In this document: positions 54,649-61,985 of the stretch, in pieces
Layout: each line of letters starts with the position of its first letter
Numbering within the stretch: the first letter of the stretch is position 1
From: a virus
Taxonomy: Duplodnaviria; Caudoviricetes
Length of the DNA: 61,985 nt
Strand: one strand, 5' to 3'
Virus record (IMG/VR): IMGVR_UViG_3300032053_000071
Location: 1-61,985 of that record
Notes under the pieces: model-generated
Seen by the model: only the letters and a program-made list of their open reading frames with translations
The model's database searches: none
Told to the model about the DNA's origin: nothing
Made by a program: the position numbers and the translations under genes

Positions 54649-54843
54649 ATGAAAAAGTACATTTTAGGTATTCTGTCAGCGTTTTACGCAATGTGTTCAG
54701 TGGGTGCAATGTGGGTATTTTACAACATGAAACTACCTCCGTATGTGGCAATCTTCTTAATTGTCAGTTGTCTTGTATTCTGTGCAATATCGTGCCACTT
54801 GTGGGAGGTGGAGTTAAAGAAAAAGGAGGTGGAGAATGATTAA
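54649..54843 (+). CDS. Small two-helix membrane protein
   Basis: MKKYILGILSAFY...; start reassigned to ATG 54649. Confidence 0.6.
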   Translation: MKKYILGILSAFYAMCSVGAMWVFYNMKLPPYVAIFLIVSCLVFCAISCHLWEVELKKKEVEND

Positions 54844-55168
54844 GGCAATGTATTCAATACAGGAGATAACGCCAAACGACATAACTATACTTGTCGAAGA
54901 TGGCGGAATAGCGTCAATACATAAAACAGAGGACGCTAGCGAAAGGTATCTGACATCGTATTATCAAAACAATTGTGACTATCCACTCATGGACGGCATC
55001 ATGTGGGATAGGCTCAATGAGGGCAAAGTGTACCTCAAGGATTGGTTTAACAAAGACAAGATAGACCAAGATATGATTGACGATGCGTTGATGTGGCTAT
55101 GTCCACATGCAGACGGCTTCGAGCAAGTAGAATTTGGATTTTTAACTAATCAATTTTTCAGAGTATAA
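54836..55168 (+). CDS. Hypothetical early protein
   Basis: 110-aa acidic ORF. Confidence 0.65.
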   Translation: MIKAMYSIQEITPNDITILVEDGGIASIHKTEDASERYLTSYYQNNCDYPLMDGIMWDRLNEGKVYLKDWFNKDKIDQDMIDDALMWLCPHADGFEQVEFGFLTNQFFRV

Positions 55169-55178
55169 AACAAAACAC

Positions 55179-55310
55179 ATGGACAAACTAACGTACACAA
55201 TCAAACTAATTGTAATCTACATCGTAGCATTGGCAGTCCTCGGACTGTCATCATGCCGTATGACACGCAACGGATGCCCTGACACATGGGGCAAAGTCGG
55301 ATACAAATAG
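55179..55310 (+). CDS. 43-aa predicted lipoprotein (not in the ORF track)
   Basis: MDKLTYTIKLIVIYIVALAVLGLSS|CRMTRNGCPDTWGKVGYK; lipobox LSSC. Confidence 0.6.
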   Translation: MDKLTYTIKLIVIYIVALAVLGLSSCRMTRNGCPDTWGKVGYK

Positions 55311-55325
55311 TGCACTCGGGTGCAC
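55310..55325. promoter_or_regulatory. 16-bp palindrome, copy 3
   Basis: GTGCACTCGGGTGCAC at a stop codon. Confidence 0.7.
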
Positions 55326-55354
55326 TTTTTAATTACCAATCAAACCAAAAAAAA

Positions 55355-55444
55355 ATGACAATTATCGTATCAATCGCCTTTGTGTTCCTATATGTGGTAT
55401 GCTTAGGTGCATTACTTGACATCTTAAACCAAATCACAAAATGA
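55355..55444 (+). CDS. 29-aa hydrophobic peptide (not in the ORF track)
   Basis: MTIIVSIAFVFLYVVCLGALLDILNQITK; ATGA overlap with the next gene. Confidence 0.5.
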   Translation: MTIIVSIAFVFLYVVCLGALLDILNQITK

Positions 55445-55671
55445 CAACATGCATAAAATGTGGCAATGCAATGCCGTTGCTACGACTTACAAAGTATGGA
55501 TACAAACATTGTGTCAACTGCTCAAGTGTTCAGCGTGTCGGTGGAGTACCAATTACCAACCACAAGACAGGCAACACGATACAGGTAGTGGACAAGAATG
55601 TAGCAGACAACATAATCAGATTATCAACACGCAAAGGCTACGGCGTATGCAGTGGCATGAAACATAATTAA
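55441..55671 (+). CDS. C4 zinc-finger protein (DksA/TraR-type finger)
   Basis: CIKCGNAMPLLRL......CVNC. Confidence 0.65.
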   Translation: MTTCIKCGNAMPLLRLTKYGYKHCVNCSSVQRVGGVPITNHKTGNTIQVVDKNVADNIIRLSTRKGYGVCSGMKHN

Positions 55672-55672
55672 C

Positions 55673-55906
55673 ATGAAAAGTAAAGAGTATCACTATTGGG
55701 TAAGCCAATGTCAAAAAGGTTTCAAGTTAGAAGATAATGACGACAGCTATCAATACTTAGCAGATGAAACACTATATATAGACTACGACTTGTATGTGTA
55801 TAGAGTTGACGATGTCATATATGCCGTACACTACAAAGAACCCGTACTTACAATGGATGGGTACTACCCAAAAGACATAGACTACAACCATTACATCATT
55901 AATTAA
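55673..55906 (+). CDS. Hypothetical early protein
   Basis: 77 aa, Tyr-rich. Confidence 0.6.
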   Translation: MKSKEYHYWVSQCQKGFKLEDNDDSYQYLADETLYIDYDLYVYRVDDVIYAVHYKEPVLTMDGYYPKDIDYNHYIIN

Positions 55907-55917
55907 AACCAACAAAC

Positions 55918-56274
55918 ATGGAACTAAAATTCAAAAACGGGTGGAATGTTTCACTCAAAGAATGCGACTCAACTATTAAGTTGATGGCATTGAAGGATAA
56001 CTGTGGTAAGGTATTCTCAAATGAGCTTACTCACGATGAGTTGGCAACGAAGCTGTCGGAAATAATGGAGTTGGGCGAACACGACTACATCAAGTGGAAG
56101 GTTGTATTTTATGAAGGCAACAGTAACGACTTCTACGGGTGGGATGAAGTCGGTCACAAATACTTTGACAGAGAACCGAGCGAGGAAGAAATGTATGATG
56201 TGATGGATGAATTGGGTGCTGGCGATGCTCGGATTTACGATACCAATATGAAATACTTAAAAACAATCAACTAA
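55918..56274 (+). CDS. Hypothetical early protein
   Basis: 118-aa acidic ORF. Confidence 0.65.
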   Translation: MELKFKNGWNVSLKECDSTIKLMALKDNCGKVFSNELTHDELATKLSEIMELGEHDYIKWKVVFYEGNSNDFYGWDEVGHKYFDREPSEEEMYDVMDELGAGDARIYDTNMKYLKTIN

Positions 56275-56276
56275 AA

Positions 56277-56292
56277 GTGCACTCGAGTGCAC
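56277..56292. promoter_or_regulatory. 16-bp palindrome, copy 4
   Basis: GTGCACTCGAGTGCAC between the 56274 stop and the 56324 start. Confidence 0.7.
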
Positions 56293-56323
56293 ATCATATC
56301 ATTCATAACCAAAATCAAATCAA

Positions 56324-57595
56324 ATGCTACACGTATCAAGCAGTTTCAGGAAGTTCCTGAATGACAGCGACAACAAGGTCGCACAGTTTATTATGCGAGC
56401 CATCTACTATGAGGGATGGGGTTACAATTCGTATCGACTCATGGTCAAAACGGATGAGGTCAACTATCTCACACTTCGTGATGACGGCACAATCAGTTAC
56501 TTGCCTAAAGGTAAGGAGCGCAAAATTACTGACGATGGTCGGTGGGCTCGTGACGGTAGGCAGAACGGCACAGCCGGTAAGATTATCAAGAAGATACTCA
56601 CGCCTCGTGCCGTCAAGCTATTCAAGGATGTTGAGTTCACGTCCTTTGTCAATCAGTACAAGGCAGCGTGTGACGCTGAGTGCAAAGAGTTTGTCATCAG
56701 ACCTAACAAGGACATACCCGAAATCTATTGTATGGATAGGGAGCAAGGGCGTGCAGGTCTCAATGATTCATGTATGAATGGGGATGAGGATTACTTAAAA
56801 ATCTATGCCTATTGTCCTCATCTTCGTATTCTTACCATGATGAACAACGAGGGGCACTTAGCAGGTCGGGCACTATTGTGGACTACTGAGGATGGTGTGC
56901 TCATGGACAGGGTGTATGTGGCTAAGGAGCACTACTACGACATGTTCCTCGAGTATGCAGAGACCAATGAGTTTATCCGTAAGGTAGAGTACAAGTCGTA
57001 TCGGGACAAGGACAGATATGTGAAGGACGGCAATGTATTCAGGAAAGCATACAAGATTGCCACCCCTACTGAGTTTGACTACTACCCATACATCGACACG
57101 TTCACGTATGGTGGAGAAGGCTTTCTATGTAACGACAACTCTTTCTCAGGTATTGTATACGAGTATTGTCAAACCGGAGGCACGAGAGATGGCGGTGACT
57201 ATGAGGCATGTGCAGCGACTGGAGCAAGGTATCATAATGACGACCTCAGGTACATCGAGAGGGGCAGGTATGCAGGAGAGAGTATCCACTACGAGTTAGC
57301 AGTGTATTGTGATACCGACAGCAACTACTACCATGAGGATGACGGCAACTTGATATACTTAGAGAGCAGAGGTGCTCACTATAGGGCAGATGACGATAAC
57401 ATAGTAGAGATTAACGGAGACTACTACCATACAGAGTATGACGATGTCAAGTATTCTCAGTGGACAGGAGAGTATCATTTAGGCGATGACGTTATATGGT
57501 GCGACCATCATGACGATTACTTACTTCGTGAGGATGCAGTAACAACTCCTGACGGAGATGTATTTCACAAGGATGACATAACAAGCGTAGACTAA
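56324..57595 (+). CDS. Phage protein of unknown function with acidic Tyr/His/Cys repeats at the C-terminus
   Basis: SCM, GRALLW, MDRVY, PYIDTF motifs; repeated Y(Y)H.DD units. Confidence 0.75.
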   Translation: MLHVSSSFRKFLNDSDNKVAQFIMRAIYYEGWGYNSYRLMVKTDEVNYLTLRDDGTISYLPKGKERKITDDGRWARDGRQNGTAGKIIKKILTPRAVKLFKDVEFTSFVNQYKAACDAECKEFVIRPNKDIPEIYCMDREQGRAGLNDSCMNGDEDYLKIYAYCPHLRILTMMNNEGHLAGRALLWTTEDGVLMDRVYVAKEHYYDMFLEYAETNEFIRKVEYKSYRDKDRYVKDGNVFRKAYKIATPTEFDYYPYIDTFTYGGEGFLCNDNSFSGIVYEYCQTGGTRDGGDYEACAATGARYHNDDLRYIERGRYAGESIHYELAVYCDTDSNYYHEDDGNLIYLESRGAHYRADDDNIVEINGDYYHTEYDDVKYSQWTGEYHLGDDVIWCDHHDDYLLREDAVTTPDGDVFHKDDITSVD

Positions 57596-57615
57596 TTATA
57601 AAAAAAACAAAACAC

Positions 57616-58596
57616 ATGACAGAGAAACTAAAAGAGGTACTTAGTATCCAATCGGTCAGCCACGACCAATTCAGAATGTTTGCGTACATAGTACGCCAAG
57701 TAAAGCAGATACCCAACACCGTCATGTTCATAGATGACGGCAATCTGTATATCACTAAGGGTAATGCACCAACATATCCGTGTATGGTAGCACACATGGA
57801 CACGGTGCATGACATCACTGATGACTTGTTCCCATTGGAGTTCAATGGTATGATTACAGGCTTCGATCGAATTAACATGGAGCAGGTCGGTATCGGTGGC
57901 GATGACAAGGTCGGTATCTTCATTGCACTTGAATGTCTCAGGGAGTTTGATGACATGAAGGTCGCGTTCTTCAGAGACGAGGAGGTAGGGTGCATGGGTA
58001 GTTATGGTGCACAGATGAAATTCTTTGACGACTGCCGCTTTGTATTGCAGTGCGATAGGCGTGGCAACAGTGACTTCATTACTGATGCAAGTGGAGTCGA
58101 GCTGAGTAGCAAATGCTTTCAGGATGACGTGCTCCCAATCATATCAAGCTATGGGTACAAGTTTGGTAAGGGTATGATGACGGACGTGATGGCACTGAAA
58201 GAAAATCAGATAGAGGTAAGTGTGGCTAACATATCGTGTGGCTATTACAATCCTCATTCGCCTCAAGAGTATGTTGACGTGATTGACGTCCTGTCTTGCT
58301 TAGAGATGTGCCAAACTATCATCCGCTATTGTACCGACACGTACACGCACCGATACAAACCACGTTATGCTGCACCGGCTGCTCCGTATTCTAAATATGG
58401 CAAGTATGCAAACACAAATCGATTTTGGGATTGGGGGGCGCCCAAGCAAACAAGTATATTTTGGGAAGAGGAAGAAATTAAAAAGACGTGCGTGGTAGAC
58501 ACCTATTGCAAAGACTGTTGGAGAGAGGACGCAGTTACGGAATACGGCTTATGCAAGACGTGTGAGGGATGGTATTCAGATAACAATTTATGGTAA
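57616..58596 (+). CDS. M20/M28-clan zinc peptidase-like protein
   Basis: AHMDTVH, GGDDKVG, DEEVGCMGS, QCDRRG, GYYNPHS; C-terminal CxxC...CxxC. Confidence 0.8.
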   Translation: MTEKLKEVLSIQSVSHDQFRMFAYIVRQVKQIPNTVMFIDDGNLYITKGNAPTYPCMVAHMDTVHDITDDLFPLEFNGMITGFDRINMEQVGIGGDDKVGIFIALECLREFDDMKVAFFRDEEVGCMGSYGAQMKFFDDCRFVLQCDRRGNSDFITDASGVELSSKCFQDDVLPIISSYGYKFGKGMMTDVMALKENQIEVSVANISCGYYNPHSPQEYVDVIDVLSCLEMCQTIIRYCTDTYTHRYKPRYAAPAAPYSKYGKYANTNRFWDWGAPKQTSIFWEEEEIKKTCVVDTYCKDCWREDAVTEYGLCKTCEGWYSDNNLW

Positions 58597-58615
58597 ACAA
58601 TTAAATAAAATTAAA

Positions 58616-58894
58616 ATGACAAAAGAAATAGAGTTCAATTACTACATCGACAAGAAGTACACAATTTGGGGAAGAGATAGATACACAATAGTAGCAGAGT
58701 CAAAAGAAAAAGCAGACGAGATAATGATGGACATATTTAAAAACGGAGACACTCATGGACTATGCTATGACTTTGAGTATAACTACGAAACAAGCGAAGA
58801 CTTGCAGCCCGAAGATAATGGAGATGAGTCAACAAAAGAACTATTTGAATCAAACGGAAATTTAATCATCACAAATAAAAACAAATGCAAGTAA
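58616..58894 (+). CDS. Hypothetical acidic protein
   Basis: Start reassigned to MTKEIEF. Confidence 0.6.
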   Translation: MTKEIEFNYYIDKKYTIWGRDRYTIVAESKEKADEIMMDIFKNGDTHGLCYDFEYNYETSEDLQPEDNGDESTKELFESNGNLIITNKNKCK

Positions 58895-59091
58895 CAAGAA
58901 CAAGTCAGTTAACAGGTGTGACACACACAATGAACTTAAACGTAACAAAAGAGCAACTCGATAGGTTTGAAATAAGAAGAGAAACCGGAGAGTATGTTCA
59001 AAACATTTTTAATAATCTGTCCGCATCGGAAAGGGAGTTTATTCTATCGGGAATAACACCTACTGAGTGGGACAAAACTTTTAACAATTAA
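58885..59091 (+). CDS. Hypothetical phage protein
   Basis: TRTSQLTG..HTM...LSASEREFILSGITPTEWD. Confidence 0.7.
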   Translation: MQVTRTSQLTGVTHTMNLNVTKEQLDRFEIRRETGEYVQNIFNNLSASEREFILSGITPTEWDKTFNN

Positions 59092-59102
59092 AACTATATA
59101 CC

Positions 59103-59342
59103 ATGGTAAACAAGGCAACACTCGCTATGCTTGAGATGACAATCATAGAAGATTATTTTGAGTACATCATCGACAGCAAAACAAATGGTCAACATGAGCA
59201 GGCAAAGACACTATTCAATGAGTTATCTGACACACAACAATCAGCTTTCTTTGATTGGGTTGAGCAGACATACTACTATGACGCTGACGACATGAGTGAA
59301 TACATATCTGAGATGCAAAACATTAAAAACTATTTCAAATGA
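59103..59342 (+). CDS. Hypothetical protein
   Basis: 79-aa acidic ORF. Confidence 0.65.
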   Translation: MVNKATLAMLEMTIIEDYFEYIIDSKTNGQHEQAKTLFNELSDTQQSAFFDWVEQTYYYDADDMSEYISEMQNIKNYFK

Positions 59343-59611
59343 GAATAAAACCTAAGATTAGAGAGATAGCAAATGCTCACATTGACGCACGTCAAAATGG
59401 CTACTTTGACAATACTGACATAAGGACGCATGCTGAGATGATAACACTTATGGTACAAGGCAAGACATTTGAGGCACCACTGCGTATGATTGAGAAGAGA
59501 TATTGCAGTACACAAGCCATGAACAAACTACATGAGGATAACGTAGTTACTGATGCTTACAGGAGAAATGTACACAAAGGCTTCAGGAATATACTGCATA
59601 GTTATGTATAA
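59339..59611 (+). CDS. Hypothetical protein
   Basis: 90 aa, ATGA-coupled. Confidence 0.6.
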   Translation: MRIKPKIREIANAHIDARQNGYFDNTDIRTHAEMITLMVQGKTFEAPLRMIEKRYCSTQAMNKLHEDNVVTDAYRRNVHKGFRNILHSYV

Positions 59612-59783
59612 AAGGACACCGCCCCAAGAGGTAGGGCGGTGTAAACATTTTAAAAATGTTTTTAGGATATGGATTAACAAAGCGAACCGAAGCCTGCCTT
59701 CTACGCTCACTTATAAGACTGCAACAAGTGTACCTCAGTTGCATTTGGCAGTCAAGAATTATAACTATATTATTAACAAATAA
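59604..59783 (+). CDS. Possible small basic protein
   Basis: MYKRTPPQEVG...; fills the gap but overlaps inverted repeats. Confidence 0.4.
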   Translation: MYKRTPPQEVGRCKHFKNVFRIWINKANRSLPSTLTYKTATSVPQLHLAVKNYNYIINK

Positions 59784-59794
59784 ATACTTTAAAA

Positions 59795-60058
59795 ATGATG
59801 CAACAAAAAGAAATCAGAGACATGCTCAGGCATATGGAGGAGTATCCTCAAAGCGAGTTTAGTAAATTTGTTTTCAACACGGAGAATAAAGCGATGGACT
59901 TGATTGACTTTATGATGTGGTTGGAAAGTAATACTATCATCGTGGCGGCTGATGGCGGTTGGGAACGCTACATGATAAATGCGTACAATTACTTATTCAA
60001 CCCGGAGAATTATGACACGTTAATTATAAAATATCTCAATGCCATACAAAACGGATAA
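59795..60058 (+). CDS. Hypothetical protein
   Basis: 87-aa ORF. Confidence 0.6.
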   Translation: MMQQKEIRDMLRHMEEYPQSEFSKFVFNTENKAMDLIDFMMWLESNTIIVAADGGWERYMINAYNYLFNPENYDTLIIKYLNAIQNG

Positions 60059-60353
60059 AGTAAAAATTGATTGCCCTTTCTTTGACCGCAGAACAAAACT
60101 GCTACCATGTCAACGAGAGAGATTGATAAGCCTACATAACTTAGGATATTCGCAGAGGAAACTAGCTTCGATATTCAATGTAAGTAGACGCCTCGTTCAG
60201 TTCGTTACCTGTCCTGAGAAAAAAGTAAAGGACTTGGAGAACAGGAGAAATCGTGGTGGAAGTGCTGTGTATTACAAAGGTGGGGAAGAATGGGCAGCAA
60301 CAATTAGAAATCATCGTAAATATAAATATAAACTTTTAAAACAATCAACATGA
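60039..60353 (+). CDS. HTH DNA-binding protein
   Basis: GYSQRKLASIFNVSRRLVQF. Confidence 0.75.
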   Translation: MPYKTDKVKIDCPFFDRRTKLLPCQRERLISLHNLGYSQRKLASIFNVSRRLVQFVTCPEKKVKDLENRRNRGGSAVYYKGGEEWAATIRNHRKYKYKLLKQST

Positions 60354-60613
60354 CAACAGAACAATTAACACAAGAAGAATTACTCCAAAGAGAAGGAGTT
60401 AGAGATCAAATTATTAAAAGCAGAATCTTCTACTCATACGAAGAGCTCGAAAGCATGTCTGATGCAGACAGGATAGCTGCCATCATTCAGATGAAACAAG
60501 ATGAGACAATGAAGTGGCAGAGGTTAGCGTCACAGCTACACTACTACGTTATGGTAATATCACTCATACTCGGAGCACTCGGTGCACTTATTTTTGTAAT
60601 GTCTAAAAATTAA
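60350..60613 (+). CDS. Hypothetical protein with C-terminal membrane anchor
   Basis: YYVMVISLILGALGALIFV. Confidence 0.6.
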   Translation: MTTEQLTQEELLQREGVRDQIIKSRIFYSYEELESMSDADRIAAIIQMKQDETMKWQRLASQLHYYVMVISLILGALGALIFVMSKN

Positions 60614-60616
60614 TCA

Positions 60617-60847
60617 ATGAACATTTTTGAAATCAATACAACATCAGACAAAGAAAGCAACTTCTATTTACTGACTGACATTAACAGAGCAGCTATTGAA
60701 TCTGTAATGAACGAAATGGTTCAAGAAGAAAGAGCAGAAGGCTCAGACATATTCTACGTTAATGACGAATACGTTGCTAATATCAAAAAACTATTTCCAT
60801 TTTCAGTAGTTGTTCACTACGAAAAAATACCATTAATTAAAATCTAA
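60617..60847 (+). CDS. Hypothetical protein
   Basis: 76-aa ORF. Confidence 0.6.
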   Translation: MNIFEINTTSDKESNFYLLTDINRAAIESVMNEMVQEERAEGSDIFYVNDEYVANIKKLFPFSVVVHYEKIPLIKI

Positions 60848-60856
60848 ACAAATCAA

Positions 60857-61330
60857 ATGATTCTAAACGAAGCAGAGCAATTAGCACTAAAGCTGATGAA
60901 GCAACATGGGCTCATCGGCAAAGGTTGGAAATTCAAATTTGACAAAGCAAAAAAGCGTTACGGATGCTGCATGCACTCAAAGAGAATTATATCTTTGTCA
61001 TCGCCACTGACACAAATCAGGAAGGACGATAAGGTTAGAAATACGATATTGCATGAGATTGCACATGCACTCGTTGGGTGTGGACATGGACACGATGACG
61101 TGTGGAGAAGCAAGGCACTGGAGATTGGATGCAATGGTCAGCGGTGCTCCAATGACGCAAGCATCAAAGGTAATTGGGTAGGCGAGTGTCCTAATGGGCA
61201 CGTATCATACAAGCACCGAATGTCTAAGGCACAAAAGTCTTGTGGTATATGCTATCCAAGTAAGTTTAACAAAAAGTATTTAATCACATTTAAAAAGAAA
61301 AAACATGAGCAACATTCTGTGCTGTCCTAA
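60857..61330 (+). CDS. SprT-like zinc metalloprotease domain protein
   Basis: KRYGCC, TILHEIAHAL, GHGHDDVWR, C-terminal CP.GH...CGIC. Confidence 0.85.
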   Translation: MILNEAEQLALKLMKQHGLIGKGWKFKFDKAKKRYGCCMHSKRIISLSSPLTQIRKDDKVRNTILHEIAHALVGCGHGHDDVWRSKALEIGCNGQRCSNDASIKGNWVGECPNGHVSYKHRMSKAQKSCGICYPSKFNKKYLITFKKKKHEQHSVLS

Positions 61331-61718
61331 GTGCGGACAAAAAACAATTCAGATGGTCAACCATACGCCACTCAACATGAGTGAGTATCCATTTGACAAA
61401 CATCTGTATGGAACCTTTCAATGTTTACAAATGCACTGCCACGAAGTATTCAAGGCAGTGCTAAATATAAACTTTCAGCAAGAACCTCATCCACTTGAGG
61501 AGATTAACGACATCAGTAAAGCTATCATCTACCTAAAGGAGAAGGGTTATTACACTGACAACCTTTGGTGTATTGATGACGTCAAGATGGGATATGAATG
61601 TACTGATGAGGAGGCCATGAAAGTGCTATCTGATGCATTTACAAATGACATGTCATATAGTGTGATATGGGAACAACTAGACAACGCAGCATTTAATTTA
61701 AACTTAAACAAAATCTAA
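61305..61718 (+). CDS. Hypothetical protein with N-terminal zinc ribbon
   Basis: CPKCG...CLQMHC; LWCIDDV motif. Confidence 0.6.
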   Translation: MSNILCCPKCGQKTIQMVNHTPLNMSEYPFDKHLYGTFQCLQMHCHEVFKAVLNINFQQEPHPLEEINDISKAIIYLKEKGYYTDNLWCIDDVKMGYECTDEEAMKVLSDAFTNDMSYSVIWEQLDNAAFNLNLNKI

Positions 61719-61719
61719 C

Positions 61720-61985
61720 ATGAAAATTACTATTGAAAAAGAAATATCTAGAGAGATATTAGAGAACATCTTTGTTACCGCCTTAGAAGGCGGTAGCAAT
61801 GATTGGTATTGGATAACAGACGAGACTGTTGCTAAGGTAAGAAAGTATGTAAGTCGTAAAGAAGAACCACCACTTAGCACCGCAGTATTTAAGGCGGTCA
61901 TGGACCACGGAGTTGTCGTTCAGATACATGACAATGATTCCATGACTGAGGACGAGTCTGATCTTCTTGGAGAACTTAATCATAA
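61720..61985 (+). CDS. 5' part of the junction-spanning hypothetical protein (ends at 272)
   Basis: Open from ATG 61720 to the window end; in frame with 42..272. Confidence 0.8.
   Translation, partial: MKITIEKEISREILENIFVTALEGGSNDWYWITDETVAKVRKYVSRKEEPPLSTAVFKAVMDHGVVVQIHDNDSMTEDESDLLGELNH
61859..61985. repeat. Direct terminal repeat, copy 2
   Basis: Identical to 1-127. Confidence 0.95.

Noticed and set aside
60573-60587. GAGCACTCGGTGCAC as a fifth early palindrome
   Set aside because: It has a mismatch and a 1-nt shorter spacer, and lies inside a coding region (GALGAL), so it is probably coincidental.
1-61985. Stop-codon reassignment as in some crAss-like phages
   Set aside because: Genes are long and densely packed under the standard code; TAA, TAG and TGA all end genes at sensible positions; no suppressor tRNA was seen.

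Overview
This window looks like a complete, circularly assembled tailed-phage genome of about 61.86 kb. Bases 1-127 equal 61859-61985, and one ORF reads in frame across that junction. A Bacteroidota host is inferred from TAnnTTTG promoter motifs upstream of many operons and from AT-rich leaders without Shine-Dalgarno sequences. There are two arms. The + strand arm (53.9 kb, through the junction, to 12.0 kb) holds early genes, recombination genes and replication genes. The - strand arm (53.2 kb to 12.0 kb) holds GroEL/GroES, small basic proteins, lysis genes, tail fibres, terminase, portal, scaffold, capsid, podovirus-like tail genes and large internal virion proteins. I recognised no integrase, DNA polymerase, RNA polymerase, canonical tRNA or CRISPR array. 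Most notable observations: (1) two DNA methyltransferase genes packaged as integron-like cassettes between attC-like hairpins, with no recombinase in the genome; (2) an SF2 helicase fractured by a split intein, with an out-of-frame DUF559/Vsr-like endonuclease overlapping both halves; (3) an H-type pseudoknot in the leader of the putative SSB gene; (4) a repeated 16-bp palindrome in the early region, one copy forming an arm of a 60-nt tRNA-like cloverleaf; (5) a duplicated origin-like element; (6) apparent genome-wide avoidance of CCAG/CTGG. All protein calls are from motif reading and gene order only; no database searches were run.
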